DNA from: a virus | Virus genome (UHGV): UHGV-0371537 | DNA length: 64,000 nucleotides | Strand: one strand, 5' to 3' | In this document: piece by piece, positions 17,989 to 27,732 of the stretch | Numbering within the stretch: position 1 is the first letter of the stretch | How the letters are laid out: each line of letters starts with the position of its first letter | Made by a program: the position numbers and the translations under genes | The notes under the pieces: generated by a model | The model's input: the letters and a program-made list of their open reading frames with translations, nothing else | Databases searched by the model: none | Told to the model about the DNA's origin: nothing

Positions 17989-19046
17989 TGAAATTTCTTG
18001 ACGAGCAATTTATCAACAACGTGTCGCCCCGCCTTGACAAGTTCAAGTGGGAGCGCGTTGGTACTGTCGCAAACTTCCGTTGTCCCCTGTGTGGTGACTC
18101 CACGAAGTCTGCCAACAAGCGCCGTGGATACTTCTTCTATGATCGGGATCATGACTGCTTCCGGTTCAAGTGCCACAACTGCAACCAGATGAATGGCTGG
18201 TCATTTGAGTTCTGGCTGAAGAAGTTCGATGAGCGCCTCTCAACCGAATACAACATGGAGAAGTTCCGTCTGCTGGGCGATACATCAGGCAGACCGCTTC
18301 CTTCCCTGAAGCCGTTACCAAAGCTGACACAGACCGCCCGTATTGGATCAGTGGCGGCGAAACGCGACGAGAGCCTCCTCGGCAATATGCTGCGCCTTGA
18401 TCTGCTACCGCCTGACCATAAGGCTCGACAGTACGTACAGTGGCGAGGACTACCGGAGAGCACGTGGTCTTTGCTGTATTACACGCAGCACTTCCGACAG
18501 GATCTAAAACAGTTCGAAACAGATCCTGAAAAGCAGCTGAAGATCCCTGATGATGAACGGCTGGTGATTCCATTCTGGACGCAAGACGGGCGCATGAAGA
18601 TCGTCCAGGGGCGCGCATTCGACGAAACAGCCACATTGCGTTATGCAACAGTCAAACCCAAGGACGAAGACACGAAGGTGTACGGTGAAGACCGGGTTAA
18701 CTTTCACAAGACCAAGCTGGTCGTGGAAGGTCCGATTGACAGCCTCTTCCTACCCAATTGCATGGCATCAGCTGATGCGGATTTGCTGAGTGTGAAGGGT
18801 GACATCTATATCCCTGATAACCAGTACCGGAACCCGCAGGTGTGTGACGGCATTCAGAAGATGATAGATAAAGGTGTCAAGGTCGTGTTGTTCCCGCCGA
18901 GTATGCCATGGAAAGATATCAACGACATGGTCATGCCATCGAAGGGTAACATGGCCATACGAGACCTCCTGAAGCTGATTGCCCAGAACGTCTACCAGGG
19001 GATGGCCGCATCACTGCAATTTGCCGAACTGAGGAAAGTGAAATGA
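17988..19046 (+). CDS. DNA primase, T4 gp61-like (zinc ribbon)
   Basis: N-terminal zinc ribbon CPLCGDS...CHNC; ATG overlaps upstream stop; replication-gene context. Confidence 0.6.
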   Translation: MKFLDEQFINNVSPRLDKFKWERVGTVANFRCPLCGDSTKSANKRRGYFFYDRDHDCFRFKCHNCNQMNGWSFEFWLKKFDERLSTEYNMEKFRLLGDTSGRPLPSLKPLPKLTQTARIGSVAAKRDESLLGNMLRLDLLPPDHKARQYVQWRGLPESTWSLLYYTQHFRQDLKQFETDPEKQLKIPDDERLVIPFWTQDGRMKIVQGRAFDETATLRYATVKPKDEDTKVYGEDRVNFHKTKLVVEGPIDSLFLPNCMASADADLLSVKGDIYIPDNQYRNPQVCDGIQKMIDKGVKVVLFPPSMPWKDINDMVMPSKGNMAIRDLLKLIAQNVYQGMAASLQFAELRKVK

Positions 19047-19249
19047 CGTTAGAAGAACTGAACAAGCTGGACGACGGGGAGATCGTGCGGGGGTACTTGA
19101 AATCCCGTGAGGGTTATGTCCTATCTGGGGAAGAGTCTCCGAGTTTCATCCACGGCTGGAAGAATGGTCAGGTGGACTTCCATGGTGTTCCCATCAGTCC
19201 TGAGCAGGCCGAATTGGCTCGCGAGTTTGTAAGATTTCGCCCGAGCTAA
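19043..19249 (+). CDS. hypothetical small protein
   Basis: Start overlaps primase stop; terminator follows. Confidence 0.35.
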   Translation: MTLEELNKLDDGEIVRGYLKSREGYVLSGEESPSFIHGWKNGQVDFHGVPISPEQAELAREFVRFRPS

Positions 19250-19278
19250 AACTTTTTACTTCACATCACCCTCCCTCC

Positions 19279-19306
19279 AGGCCTCGTCGAATGAGGCCTT
19301 TTAAAA
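19279..19306 (+). terminator. rho-independent terminator
   Basis: GGCCTC-gtcgaat-GAGGCC hairpin followed by TTTTAAAA. Confidence 0.6.
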
Positions 19307-19343
19307 TACTTCAAAAATATTTTAAAAATTTATTGAAAAAGAC

Positions 19344-19372
19344 TTTACTCTTCAATAATGATGCACTATTAT
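19344..19372 (+). promoter_or_regulatory. sigma70-like early promoter TTTACT-N17-TATTAT with AT-rich upstream region
   Basis: -35 TTTACT (19344-19349), 17-bp spacer, -10 TATTAT (19367-19372); preceded by TTTTAAAA repeats (UP-element-like). Confidence 0.55.
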
Positions 19373-19445
19373 AGTTCACATAGGGCGGTAACACACCGCC
19401 GAATGAAAAGTGAAACGAACCAACTACATTATGAGGAATTACATC

Positions 19446-19934
19446 ATGGCTACTACCAAAACTCTGATCACCAACGGCACCATCTCTTTCGAACTGAACA
19501 CCGAAGTTGCTAAAGTTGAAATGTTCCGCATCGCTCAGGCAGCTGGCTTCACTGGTGGCAAAACTTCCTTCATGAACCTGCTGAACGGCAAAGTGGAAGC
19601 GACTAACGGCTTCACCCTGGTAGAGCAGACTGTGGTTGACAAAGCCGTGGTTGCTAAGGCTGCTGACAAAGTTGGCATGCTGAAAGACCTGGGTCACGAC
19701 ATCCACGTTGTCGAAGCGAATACCGAAACTTACGGCACCATCGTAGTCGGTAAAGGTCGCATCCAGCTGAACCCACTGAACAACGGTTCCTTCTCTGTGA
19801 TGGTCTTCCCTAAGAAGGGCTATGACAACACAGACATCGTGAAAGCTGCTGGCGGCGAAGCGAAAGCTCAGTATGTCAAAATGGGTAAACTGAGCGCCAA
19901 AGACGTTCAGACCCTGGTGAGCAAACTGGCTTAA
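19446..19934 (+). CDS. hypothetical protein (promoter-gene-terminator unit)
   Basis: ATG 19446 with GAGGAA SD; strong promoter upstream and hairpin downstream. Confidence 0.5.
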   Translation: MATTKTLITNGTISFELNTEVAKVEMFRIAQAAGFTGGKTSFMNLLNGKVEATNGFTLVEQTVVDKAVVAKAADKVGMLKDLGHDIHVVEANTETYGTIVVGKGRIQLNPLNNGSFSVMVFPKKGYDNTDIVKAAGGEAKAQYVKMGKLSAKDVQTLVSKLA

Positions 19935-19988
19935 TCGAAAGGGGGAGGAAACTCCCCTCCTTATTCAGATTTTTGGTAGGAGACCATC

Positions 19989-20177
19989 ATGTCCCGCGCT
20001 GTCATTCAAGCCTCTCCAGGCGCTCTCTGGGTTGTCAACCGCATTCCGAACAAAGTCTTTCCTCAGTTTCAAGAGGAACTCGAGCAGGCGATGTTAGCAG
20101 TCCTGGAAAAATACGGGTACGACACTGAAGTTCGTACGTCCTTCAACGAAGTCATGCCAGTGGTGGTAGCAAGATGA
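19989..20177 (+). CDS. hypothetical small protein
   Basis: Small ORF with GGAGA SD. Confidence 0.3.
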   Translation: MSRAVIQASPGALWVVNRIPNKVFPQFQEELEQAMLAVLEKYGYDTEVRTSFNEVMPVVVAR

Positions 20178-20473
20178 AACTGAGCAGCTCAGAAGCGACC
20201 AAGATTGCGGAAGAATCAGCACAACTGCTGGCTTCACATACTTCAAAACCCTGGGTAATAGACACATGTTCTTTCTCCCAAGTTATCCTTTCTTGCGGGG
20301 ATGTTTACGTTCAGCATCTACTAACCACGGGATCTTGGTTTGCTGGTTTTAAAGAATATGATGATAGTATTACCAGTCGTTATGTTGGTTCTGCAATAAT
20401 GGCATATGAAGGTTTAAAGTCCGCTGTCGAAGATTACATTACCCAGTTGAAAGAAATCCACGATAATATGTGA
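20174..20473 (+). CDS. hypothetical protein
   Basis: Start overlaps upstream stop. Confidence 0.35.
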   Translation: MKLSSSEATKIAEESAQLLASHTSKPWVIDTCSFSQVILSCGDVYVQHLLTTGSWFAGFKEYDDSITSRYVGSAIMAYEGLKSAVEDYITQLKEIHDNM

Positions 20474-20504
20474 CACGGCAGTTCCTCAAGTAGTTCACTT
20501 TCAC

Positions 20505-20512
20505 TTTAAATA
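20505..20512 (+). promoter_or_regulatory. T4-type late promoter variant (TTTAAATA) upstream of endolysin
   Basis: TAAATA core about 30 nt upstream of ATG 20543. Confidence 0.45.
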
Positions 20513-20542
20513 CCTTCGCATTCATTGCGGAGGTATTTTCTT

Positions 20543-21337
20543 ATGGCCATTCTAAAACTTGGCAACCGTGGCACTGAAGTGAAGGCACTTCAGGATAGCC
20601 TCAACAAAATCGGCTTCACCCTCGTCGCCGACGGCATCTTTGGTAAGGCAACAGAGAACGCTGTCAAGACTGTTCAGGCGGGTGCGGGGCTTGTCATCGA
20701 CGGTATCGTGGGTCCAAAGACCTCCTATGCTATTCGCAACGCTGGAGACGCCCATCAAGATCACCTGACCGAGGCTGACCTTATCGATGCGGCTAATCAG
20801 CTTGGAGTTGATCTCGCCTCTGTAAAGGCGGTCAACCAGGTGGAATCCCGTGGCACTGGCTTCACCAAGTCAGGTAAGATCAAGACATTGTTCGAACGCC
20901 ACATCATGTACAAGAAGCTCATGGCGAAGTTCGGCCAGGCTCGGGCGAATGCTATAGGGCAGATGTACCCGACGTTGGTCAGTCCTTCTGCAGGTGGGTA
21001 CACGGGCGGCGATGCAGAACTGGATCGACTTCATGCGGCCATCAACATCGACGAGGATTGTGCGTACGAGAGTGCCTCATACGGTCTCTTCCAGATCATG
21101 GGCTTCAACTGCCAGGTCTGTGGGTATGCCAATGCCAAGGAGATGTTCAATGACTTCCTGACAGGCGAACGTGCTCATCTGATGGCATTCGTGAAGTTCA
21201 TCAAGGCCGATGCCAAGCTCTGGCAGGCTCTGAAGGACAAGAACTGGGCTGAGTTTGCGCGGCGCTATAATGGTCCGGCGTATGCCAAGAACCAGTACGA
21301 CACGAAGCTCGCTGCTGCATACAAGAGTTTCAGTTAA
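20543..21337 (+). CDS. endolysin: N-terminal peptidoglycan-binding domain + C-terminal muramidase-like domain
   Basis: N-terminus LKLGNRGTEVKALQDSLNKIGF...DGIFGKATENAV (PG_binding_1-like); C-terminus ...YGLFQIMGFN...FARRYNGPAYAKNQYDTKLAAAY (DUF3380-like). Confidence 0.7.
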   Translation: MAILKLGNRGTEVKALQDSLNKIGFTLVADGIFGKATENAVKTVQAGAGLVIDGIVGPKTSYAIRNAGDAHQDHLTEADLIDAANQLGVDLASVKAVNQVESRGTGFTKSGKIKTLFERHIMYKKLMAKFGQARANAIGQMYPTLVSPSAGGYTGGDAELDRLHAAINIDEDCAYESASYGLFQIMGFNCQVCGYANAKEMFNDFLTGERAHLMAFVKFIKADAKLWQALKDKNWAEFARRYNGPAYAKNQYDTKLAAAYKSFS

Positions 21338-21340
21338 CTC

Positions 21341-21368
21341 AAAGGCCGGAAACGGCCTTTTTCTTTAT
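21341..21368 (+). terminator. rho-independent terminator
   Basis: AGGCCG-gaaa-CGGCCT hairpin followed by TTTTCTTTAT. Confidence 0.6.
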
Positions 21369-21441
21369 CCGCCCCTCGGGTATGCTGGGTGTGTCGCCTT
21401 AATTAAGGTTGATGACACCCCTGAGATATAGGAAGGTTCCC

Positions 21442-22284
21442 ATGCAATCTGCCACCAAAGTTGTAAGTATGAAGCCAGCGGGCAAGACCAAGTCAGCACG
21501 TAAGAAGGAGACTGTTCAGAAAGAAGATGACTGGATGAAGTTCTCCAAAGGCGACTTTAGAATCGCTCCGTTCAATGGCCTCTCAGAGAATCAGAACCTC
21601 GCATATCAATCTGCTCTTGAAGAAAACCTCACCATCGCGATTGGTCCGGCAGGCACGGGTAAATCGTACTGCGGTGCCTCAGCCGCCGCCAAGCTCCTGA
21701 TCGATAAAGTTGTCAGTAAGATCGTCATCACACGCTCTCCGCTGCCAACAGGCCAGACAGCAGGCTTCCGTCCTGGCGACACTTACGAAAAGCTCATGCC
21801 ATACCTGATGCCCCTGATTCAGACGCTGAAAAAGGTGCTGAAGACCGATACTGGCAGCGACGGGTTCTTCAACTATCTGTGGGAGAAACGGATCATCGAG
21901 ATCCAGGATCTGGAGACCATCAAGGGGATGACCTTTGACGACACCTTCCTGATTATCGAAGAAGCGCAGGAATGCGATATGGAGCAGCTGAAGAACCTGC
22001 TGACCCGCGCATCCGACTCGACTTACATCTTTGTCAACGGTGACATCAAGCAATCCAACAAGCGCCTGCGCGACAGCGCTCTGGAAAAGTACGTCGGTTC
22101 CTTCCGCGACTTCAACGCCAAGCTGGAGGCCGGAACTCTGAAGATCGATGGTGTTGGAGTCGGTGATGAATACCCTGAATGGGTACAACCGTTCAGTATC
22201 ATCGAATTCAACAAGACCGACCGCAACGGGCGCGGCGACTTCACTCGCCTGATGCTGGAAGTCAACGATCTGTACGACATTTAA
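21442..22284 (+). CDS. phoH: PhoH-like ATPase
   Basis: Walker A GPAGTGKSY and PhoH-like downstream region; ATG 21442 after AGGAAGG. Confidence 0.8.
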   Translation: MQSATKVVSMKPAGKTKSARKKETVQKEDDWMKFSKGDFRIAPFNGLSENQNLAYQSALEENLTIAIGPAGTGKSYCGASAAAKLLIDKVVSKIVITRSPLPTGQTAGFRPGDTYEKLMPYLMPLIQTLKKVLKTDTGSDGFFNYLWEKRIIEIQDLETIKGMTFDDTFLIIEEAQECDMEQLKNLLTRASDSTYIFVNGDIKQSNKRLRDSALEKYVGSFRDFNAKLEAGTLKIDGVGVGDEYPEWVQPFSIIEFNKTDRNGRGDFTRLMLEVNDLYDI

Positions 22285-22353
22285 GTAACTCACCAACACT
22301 CCCCGCCGCCTTCAATCTACGAGGGCGGCGTATAATATGTTCCGAGACTAATC

Positions 22354-23013
22354 ATGAATTATCAAAATATCTATGACTCTCTGATACAAAGAGCCAAGAC
22401 CCGTTCATTGGTTGGTTATTCTGAAACCCACCATATTATCCCTAGATGTATGGGAGGGAAAGATGACAAACATAATCTGGTGGAGTTGACACCAGAAGAA
22501 CATTATTTAGCACATCAATTGTTAGTCAAAATATATCCCAAAAATTTCAAATTAGCATTTGCAGCTAATGCTATGTGCGTAAACAATGAATTCTCCGGTA
22601 GATCTTGTAACAAATTATTCGGTTGGTTGCGGAGAAAACTTTCTCATTCCAATAAACAGATGTACAAAGACAACCCTAATTTGAGGAAAATTCGTTCCGA
22701 TCAAATGAAACAGACACATGTAAAGTATTCTCATTTGCGGGAAATACAGTCTAAACGTTTGAAGGAAAACAATATATGCGTGATAAAACAACCTTGGGAA
22801 AGTAACCATGCCACCAAAGAGTCTTTGGATATATGGAAACGCGCCGACGAATATTATGATTGGTGGTTGTGCAACCAAAAAGGTTGCACGTTCATGGCGA
22901 AAGCGTTTGGGTTCAAAAACAAGACGACTCCGCATTTCACAATGATTAATAAATTTAAATCTGGGTGGAATCCCAAAGCCGACCCAGAGTGGTTAGAGTT
23001 TGTAAGTCAATAA
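22354..23013 (+). CDS. free-standing HNH homing endonuclease
   Basis: HNH core ETHHIIPRCMGGKDDKHNLVELTPEEHYLAH; inserted between phoH and nrdA. Confidence 0.75.
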   Translation: MNYQNIYDSLIQRAKTRSLVGYSETHHIIPRCMGGKDDKHNLVELTPEEHYLAHQLLVKIYPKNFKLAFAANAMCVNNEFSGRSCNKLFGWLRRKLSHSNKQMYKDNPNLRKIRSDQMKQTHVKYSHLREIQSKRLKENNICVIKQPWESNHATKESLDIWKRADEYYDWWLCNQKGCTFMAKAFGFKNKTTPHFTMINKFKSGWNPKADPEWLEFVSQ

Positions 23014-23072
23014 GCCCCGAAGAGTTTATTATTGGGGTGGAGTTCATTCACCAATAAATCCAGGAAATATAA

Positions 23073-25361
23073 ATGAGCGAAATTAACGTCATTAAGCGGG
23101 ACGGATCTTCTGTCCCCTTTGATATTGAGAAACTACACGCAGTCGTAGACCGCGCATGTGACGGCCTGCCTGGTGTATCAATGTCAGAGGTGATCGCTGC
23201 ATCGAAGATTCAGTTCACCGACAACATGAGAACAGATCGCATTCAGGATATCCTCATCCAGGCTGCGGCTTCGCTGATCTCTGTAGACAAACCCAATTAC
23301 CAGTATGTGGCTGCTCGCCTGAAGTCATATGATCTGCGCAAGGCTGTCTATGGCCAGTACAAGCCGCCTCACCTGCTGGATATCTTCGTCAAGAACATCA
23401 AACAGCGTGTGTATGATCGTGAGTTCCTTGATCTCTACACGACCGAAGAGTTCAACGAGCTGAACGATGTTATCAACCACAAACGTGACAAGAACTTCAC
23501 CTGGGCGGCCATGGGTCAGCTGACAGAGAAGTATCTGCTGCGTGACCGTTCCAAGAAGGACAGCAAGATCTTCTATGAAACCCCACAGGTCATGTACATG
23601 GGCATCGCCATGGCGTTGTTCTCCAACTGGGACAAAGACAGCCGCCTGGATATGGTGAAGAAGTTCTATGAATATGCCAGCACAGGCAAGTTCAGTCTTC
23701 CAACCCCGATTATGGCAGGCGTTCGTACTCCTACCCGTCAGTTCAGTTCCTGCGTGTTGATCAAAACTGGTGACACCCTGGACTCTATCAACGCAACAGC
23801 CAAGACCATCGTTGACTATGTGTCCAAACGTGCGGGTATCGGCTTCGACATCGGGGCGATACGTGGGATTGGTAGTCCTATTCGCGGCGGAGAGATGGTT
23901 CACACAGGCCTGATCCCATTCATCAAGTATCTCACTGGGGCGCTCAAGTCTTGCTCCCAGGGCGGCATTCGTGGTGGTGCAGCAACAGCTTATATCCCTC
24001 TGTGGCATTACCAGTTCGATGACGTCGTTGTACTGAAGAATAACCGTGGCACTGAAGAAAACCGCGAACGCCGTATCGACTACGGTATTCAGATCAACCG
24101 CGTGATGTTTGAGCGCCTGGTTGCCAAGCAGCCTCTGTATCTGTTCGACCCGAAAGACAACCGCGAAATGTACGAAGCATACTTCTCCGACGTCGACAAG
24201 TTCCGTACTCTGTATGAGAACATGATCAAGGCCGCCGATGCTGGTCTGGTACGTTCTAAGAAGCTGCAGGCTGAAGAAGTGTTCCAGATGCTGTTAGACC
24301 AGCGTTCAGACACAGGCCGCATCTACATCGCATTTGTCGATCACATGAATGAATACAGCCCATTCAACCTCGACACGATCTACAGCTCCAACCTGTGTCT
24401 TGAAATCGCCCTGCCGACCCGTGAGTTTGAGCAGTACAACGATGAAAACGGGCGCGTGGCTCTGTGCACCCTGGCTTCCTTTAACCTGACGGCGTTCGAA
24501 GACCCGACTGAGATGGAAGACGTGGCGTTTGTGTTGGTGTCTGCGCTGGACATGCTGTTGGAATATCAGGACTATCCGGCAATCCAGGCTCGTAAGGCTG
24601 TTGAGGATTATCGCCCTCTGGGTGTTGGTATCGTGAACGTGGCTCACTTCTTGGCCAAGAACTTCACAGGCTATGGTTCTCCGGCTGGTCTTGAGATGTT
24701 GGATGCGTGGATGGCACACCTGCACTACTATCTGGTCAAGGCATCCAACCGTCTGGCGATGAAGTTCGGTGCATGCAAACGTGGAACCATCCACAATAAT
24801 GGGCAGGTCACTGCCGATCTTCAGCCGCTTCCACTTGATATCCTGCCGAATGGTAAGAAACCGGAAGGCATGGCATACGGCCTGGATTGGGAAGAACTGA
24901 AGGATGATCTGAAGACCTATGGTATCCGCAATGCCACCCTGCTGGCAGTAGCCCCTACCGAAAGCTCCTCACAAGTCCTCAACGCAACGAACGGCATTGA
25001 GCCACCGAAGGGCTTGGTAAGCATTAAGGGCAGCAAGGACGGCACGTACAAGCAGGTCGTTCCGGATGTAGAGACCCTTGGACCGCTGTATGACCTGAAG
25101 TGGGACCTGGAATGCATCGAGTACCTGAAGACCGCTGCTGTCATCCAGCGCTGGGTTGACCAGTCCATCAGTACCAACACATGGTATGACCCAGAGAAGT
25201 ACCCTGACGGCAAGATCCCTCGTGCTAAGATGATGCAGGATATCCTGTCGTTCTATATGTGGGGTGGTAAGACTCTGTATTACAACACGAACAAGGACGC
25301 CAAGGAAGACGAAGAGCTGAAACAGGCTGATGCCGTGGAATGTGAAAGTTGTATCGTGTAG
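23073..25361 (+). CDS. nrdA: ribonucleotide reductase large subunit (class Ia NrdA)
   Basis: N-terminal ATP cone (VIKRDGSSVPFDIEKL), active-site region NLCLEI ... CTLAS, 762 aa. Confidence 0.9.
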   Translation: MSEINVIKRDGSSVPFDIEKLHAVVDRACDGLPGVSMSEVIAASKIQFTDNMRTDRIQDILIQAAASLISVDKPNYQYVAARLKSYDLRKAVYGQYKPPHLLDIFVKNIKQRVYDREFLDLYTTEEFNELNDVINHKRDKNFTWAAMGQLTEKYLLRDRSKKDSKIFYETPQVMYMGIAMALFSNWDKDSRLDMVKKFYEYASTGKFSLPTPIMAGVRTPTRQFSSCVLIKTGDTLDSINATAKTIVDYVSKRAGIGFDIGAIRGIGSPIRGGEMVHTGLIPFIKYLTGALKSCSQGGIRGGAATAYIPLWHYQFDDVVVLKNNRGTEENRERRIDYGIQINRVMFERLVAKQPLYLFDPKDNREMYEAYFSDVDKFRTLYENMIKAADAGLVRSKKLQAEEVFQMLLDQRSDTGRIYIAFVDHMNEYSPFNLDTIYSSNLCLEIALPTREFEQYNDENGRVALCTLASFNLTAFEDPTEMEDVAFVLVSALDMLLEYQDYPAIQARKAVEDYRPLGVGIVNVAHFLAKNFTGYGSPAGLEMLDAWMAHLHYYLVKASNRLAMKFGACKRGTIHNNGQVTADLQPLPLDILPNGKKPEGMAYGLDWEELKDDLKTYGIRNATLLAVAPTESSSQVLNATNGIEPPKGLVSIKGSKDGTYKQVVPDVETLGPLYDLKWDLECIEYLKTAAVIQRWVDQSISTNTWYDPEKYPDGKIPRAKMMQDILSFYMWGGKTLYYNTNKDAKEDEELKQADAVECESCIV

Positions 25362-25432
25362 GTTAGGTCTAAACCTGCTACCGTTATATCATCAGGGGTG
25401 AGAGATCACCCCTTATTCATCAGGAAAGAAAC

Positions 25433-26536
25433 ATGAGCGAACAGAAACAATTTTCCGTATTCGACCCAAGCTCGGACAACACTGGCCTGCCGTTCTTCGG
25501 CGACCCAGTGAGCATCCAGCGCTATGACATCGTGGCTTGGCCATTCGTACAGAAGTGGTATGAGAAAGGCCTCAGCCAGTTCTGGCGTCCGGAAGAAGTA
25601 GACATCACCAAGGACAAGGCCGACTATGCCACCCTCACACCTGCTGAAAAGCGCATCTATGAGAGCAACCTGAAGCGCCAGACCATGCTGGATTCTATCC
25701 AGGGCGCGGCTCCGTTCGAGGCGTTTGGTCCATGGGCGTCTACCCCTGAAATGCAGTTCGCCGTCCTTGAGTGGACGCGCCAGGAAGCCATTCACTCCCT
25801 GTCGTACACCCACATCCTGCGAAACACTGTGAACGATCCTGGTATCGTGTTTGACCACGTGTTGGACGTTGCAGAGATCGTGGATTGTGCTCATCAGATT
25901 AGTACTCACTATGACGATATGGTTCGTTACAGTGGCATGCGTATGGCTGGTCGCGCCTTTACCCGTGAAGACATGATGAATGCCAAACGTGCATTCTGGC
26001 GTGCTCTGTTTGCTGCCAACACACTGGAAGGCATCCGCTTCTACGTGTCCTTTGCATGCTCTTGGGCGTTCACGCAGTTCCAGAAGAAGATGGAAGGTAA
26101 TGCTAAAATCATTCGCCAGATCGCCCGTGATGAGCAAGATCACCTGATCCTGACTCAGACGCTGCTGAACCGTCTGCCTGGCATGGACCCTGACTTCGAA
26201 ATCATCCGTGAGGAACTGCGTGGTGAGATGACCCAGATGTTCTTGGACGTGGGTAATCAGGAGAAGCAATGGGCTGACTATCTGTTCCAGGACGGCTCCA
26301 TGCTTGGCCTGAACGCGAAGATCCTACACCATATGGTAGACTGGTTGCTCACCCACCGCATGGGCGCTATCGGACACCCATATCCTGGGGAACCACGTAA
26401 GGAATGCCCAGTGCCATGGATCAACGAGTGGCTAAATAATAAGACAATGCAGTACGCGTTGCAGGAAGCTGAAGCTCCTGATTATCTTATGGGTGTACTG
26501 ACTGGTTCAGTATCCGACGGCCTCAAATTCGCTTAA
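25433..26536 (+). CDS. nrdB: ribonucleotide reductase small subunit (NrdB)
   Basis: Ferritin-like diiron protein (EAIHS..., DEQDH); immediately downstream of nrdA. Confidence 0.9.
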   Translation: MSEQKQFSVFDPSSDNTGLPFFGDPVSIQRYDIVAWPFVQKWYEKGLSQFWRPEEVDITKDKADYATLTPAEKRIYESNLKRQTMLDSIQGAAPFEAFGPWASTPEMQFAVLEWTRQEAIHSLSYTHILRNTVNDPGIVFDHVLDVAEIVDCAHQISTHYDDMVRYSGMRMAGRAFTREDMMNAKRAFWRALFAANTLEGIRFYVSFACSWAFTQFQKKMEGNAKIIRQIARDEQDHLILTQTLLNRLPGMDPDFEIIREELRGEMTQMFLDVGNQEKQWADYLFQDGSMLGLNAKILHHMVDWLLTHRMGAIGHPYPGEPRKECPVPWINEWLNNKTMQYALQEAEAPDYLMGVLTGSVSDGLKFA

Positions 26537-26545
26537 AGGTGAGAA

Positions 26546-26770
26546 ATGATTACGATCTATTCCAAACAAGGTTGCGCTCAGTGTGTTACAGCTGAAAATC
26601 TGTGTAAGATGAAAGGGCTGGAACACAAGATCCTCAAGCTGGACAAAGACTACCAGCTGGAAGAACTTCAGAAGTTGACGGGTAAGCAGCGCATGTCTAT
26701 GCCTGTAATCGTCCTCGCTGACCAGACCGTGACCGACGTTACTGGACTCGCCGCCAGCCTCAAGCGCTGA
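26546..26770 (+). CDS. glutaredoxin/NrdC-like thiol-disulfide protein
   Basis: 74 aa with CxxC (GCAQC) near N-terminus, downstream of nrdAB. Confidence 0.75.
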   Translation: MITIYSKQGCAQCVTAENLCKMKGLEHKILKLDKDYQLEELQKLTGKQRMSMPVIVLADQTVTDVTGLAASLKR

Positions 26771-26777
26771 TCTGTCA

Positions 26778-26804
26778 AAGCCCCTCAATGAGGGGCTTTA
26801 CTTT
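26778..26804 (+). terminator. rho-independent terminator
   Basis: GCCCCTC-aat-GAGGGGC hairpin followed by TTTACTTTTG. Confidence 0.6.
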
Positions 26805-26825
26805 TGAAACACCCTCCCCTATACT
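26797..26825 (+). promoter_or_regulatory. sigma70-like early promoter TTTACT-N17-TATACT
   Basis: -35 TTTACT (26797-26802), 17-bp spacer, -10 TATACT (26820-26825); same architecture as 13056..13084. Confidence 0.55.
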
Positions 26826-26875
26826 TCCCAATAATTCATTGGCATTCGCCACAAATTGAAAGCGGGAACTATATC

Positions 26876-27337
26876 ATGACAAACAAAGTGCTCACCAACC
26901 CACTGCACAACTTCGGTTACATTCAGCTTCCTCTGGTGATTGATACCCTATACGCTGATGACAAAGAGGAGATCTGTTGGTCTCCAACCGCTCTGATTGA
27001 ACGCGAAATCTTCAAGTCTGTTGTTGATGTTATGTTCCGTATCGGTCGCAATGCACCTCTGGTCTACCTCGGCAAAGCAACTGAACTGAAGACAAGCCAC
27101 AACGAACGCTTCCTGCGCATTGATACTACCGGGTGCTCCCAGCAAGACTTCAACACACTGCGCAATTATGTTCTGGTCAACCGCCCGGTATCCCAGCATC
27201 GTCCTTACCTGACGTCAATGCACATAGACAGTTTCATCACTGACGTACACCTGCAGGCTGAAACCCTCCATGAAGAGGAAACAGGCCGAGCTATCGACAC
27301 TGTCTTAAATATGGTTGTGATCACCCTCGCGGAGTAG
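26876..27337 (+). CDS. hypothetical protein
   Basis: ATG 26876 preceded by the conserved TTGAAA..GGAACTATAT leader; track ORF starts earlier. Confidence 0.45.
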   Translation: MTNKVLTNPLHNFGYIQLPLVIDTLYADDKEEICWSPTALIEREIFKSVVDVMFRIGRNAPLVYLGKATELKTSHNERFLRIDTTGCSQQDFNTLRNYVLVNRPVSQHRPYLTSMHIDSFITDVHLQAETLHEEETGRAIDTVLNMVVITLAE

Positions 27338-27342
27338 CCATC

Positions 27343-27732
27343 ATGAACTATCCTCTTGACGCGAAATTTATTCTTCCAAGGAAGGAACTAGACACCTTCC
27401 GGGTTCTGCATCAACTTTTGGCCGCCGGGGAAACAATCCCGCTATACGAAGGTGGAAAGAAGGTAGGAAAAGGAATTTCGTGTGCGATCGATGACAGTGA
27501 ATACTGGGCATTTGATTTCAATCGCACCGAGAATTTCAAGCCAAGGGATTCATCAATGATGATGAGGTTCATGATTGACAAACCAATTGACCTACAGAAG
27601 TATGATCTGTTCTTGGACGCGATCCCATACGAATTCAGGGAGGAGGGTCTGAAGTACAGATTTGCGTTGTTGGTGTGCTTCAAAATGACTATCGTCCTGA
27701 AGCCTATGTTCACACCGCCCAACGCAAGTTAA
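27343..27732 (+). CDS. hypothetical protein
   Basis: ORF immediately downstream of the previous gene. Confidence 0.45.
   Translation: MNYPLDAKFILPRKELDTFRVLHQLLAAGETIPLYEGGKKVGKGISCAIDDSEYWAFDFNRTENFKPRDSSMMMRFMIDKPIDLQKYDLFLDAIPYEFREEGLKYRFALLVCFKMTIVLKPMFTPPNAS

Noticed and set aside
23061-23075. TATAAAT immediately upstream of nrdA resembling a late promoter
   Set aside because: The motif is TATAAATG with the final ATG being the nrdA start codon; it leaves no 5' leader and the spacing differs from the other late-promoter candidates. More likely AT-rich RBS context.
23073-26536. Possible group I intron or intein in nrdA/nrdB or the TS-family gene
   Set aside because: All three reading frames are continuous with conserved motifs in expected order and no unexplained internal insertions; the endonuclease genes are free-standing.
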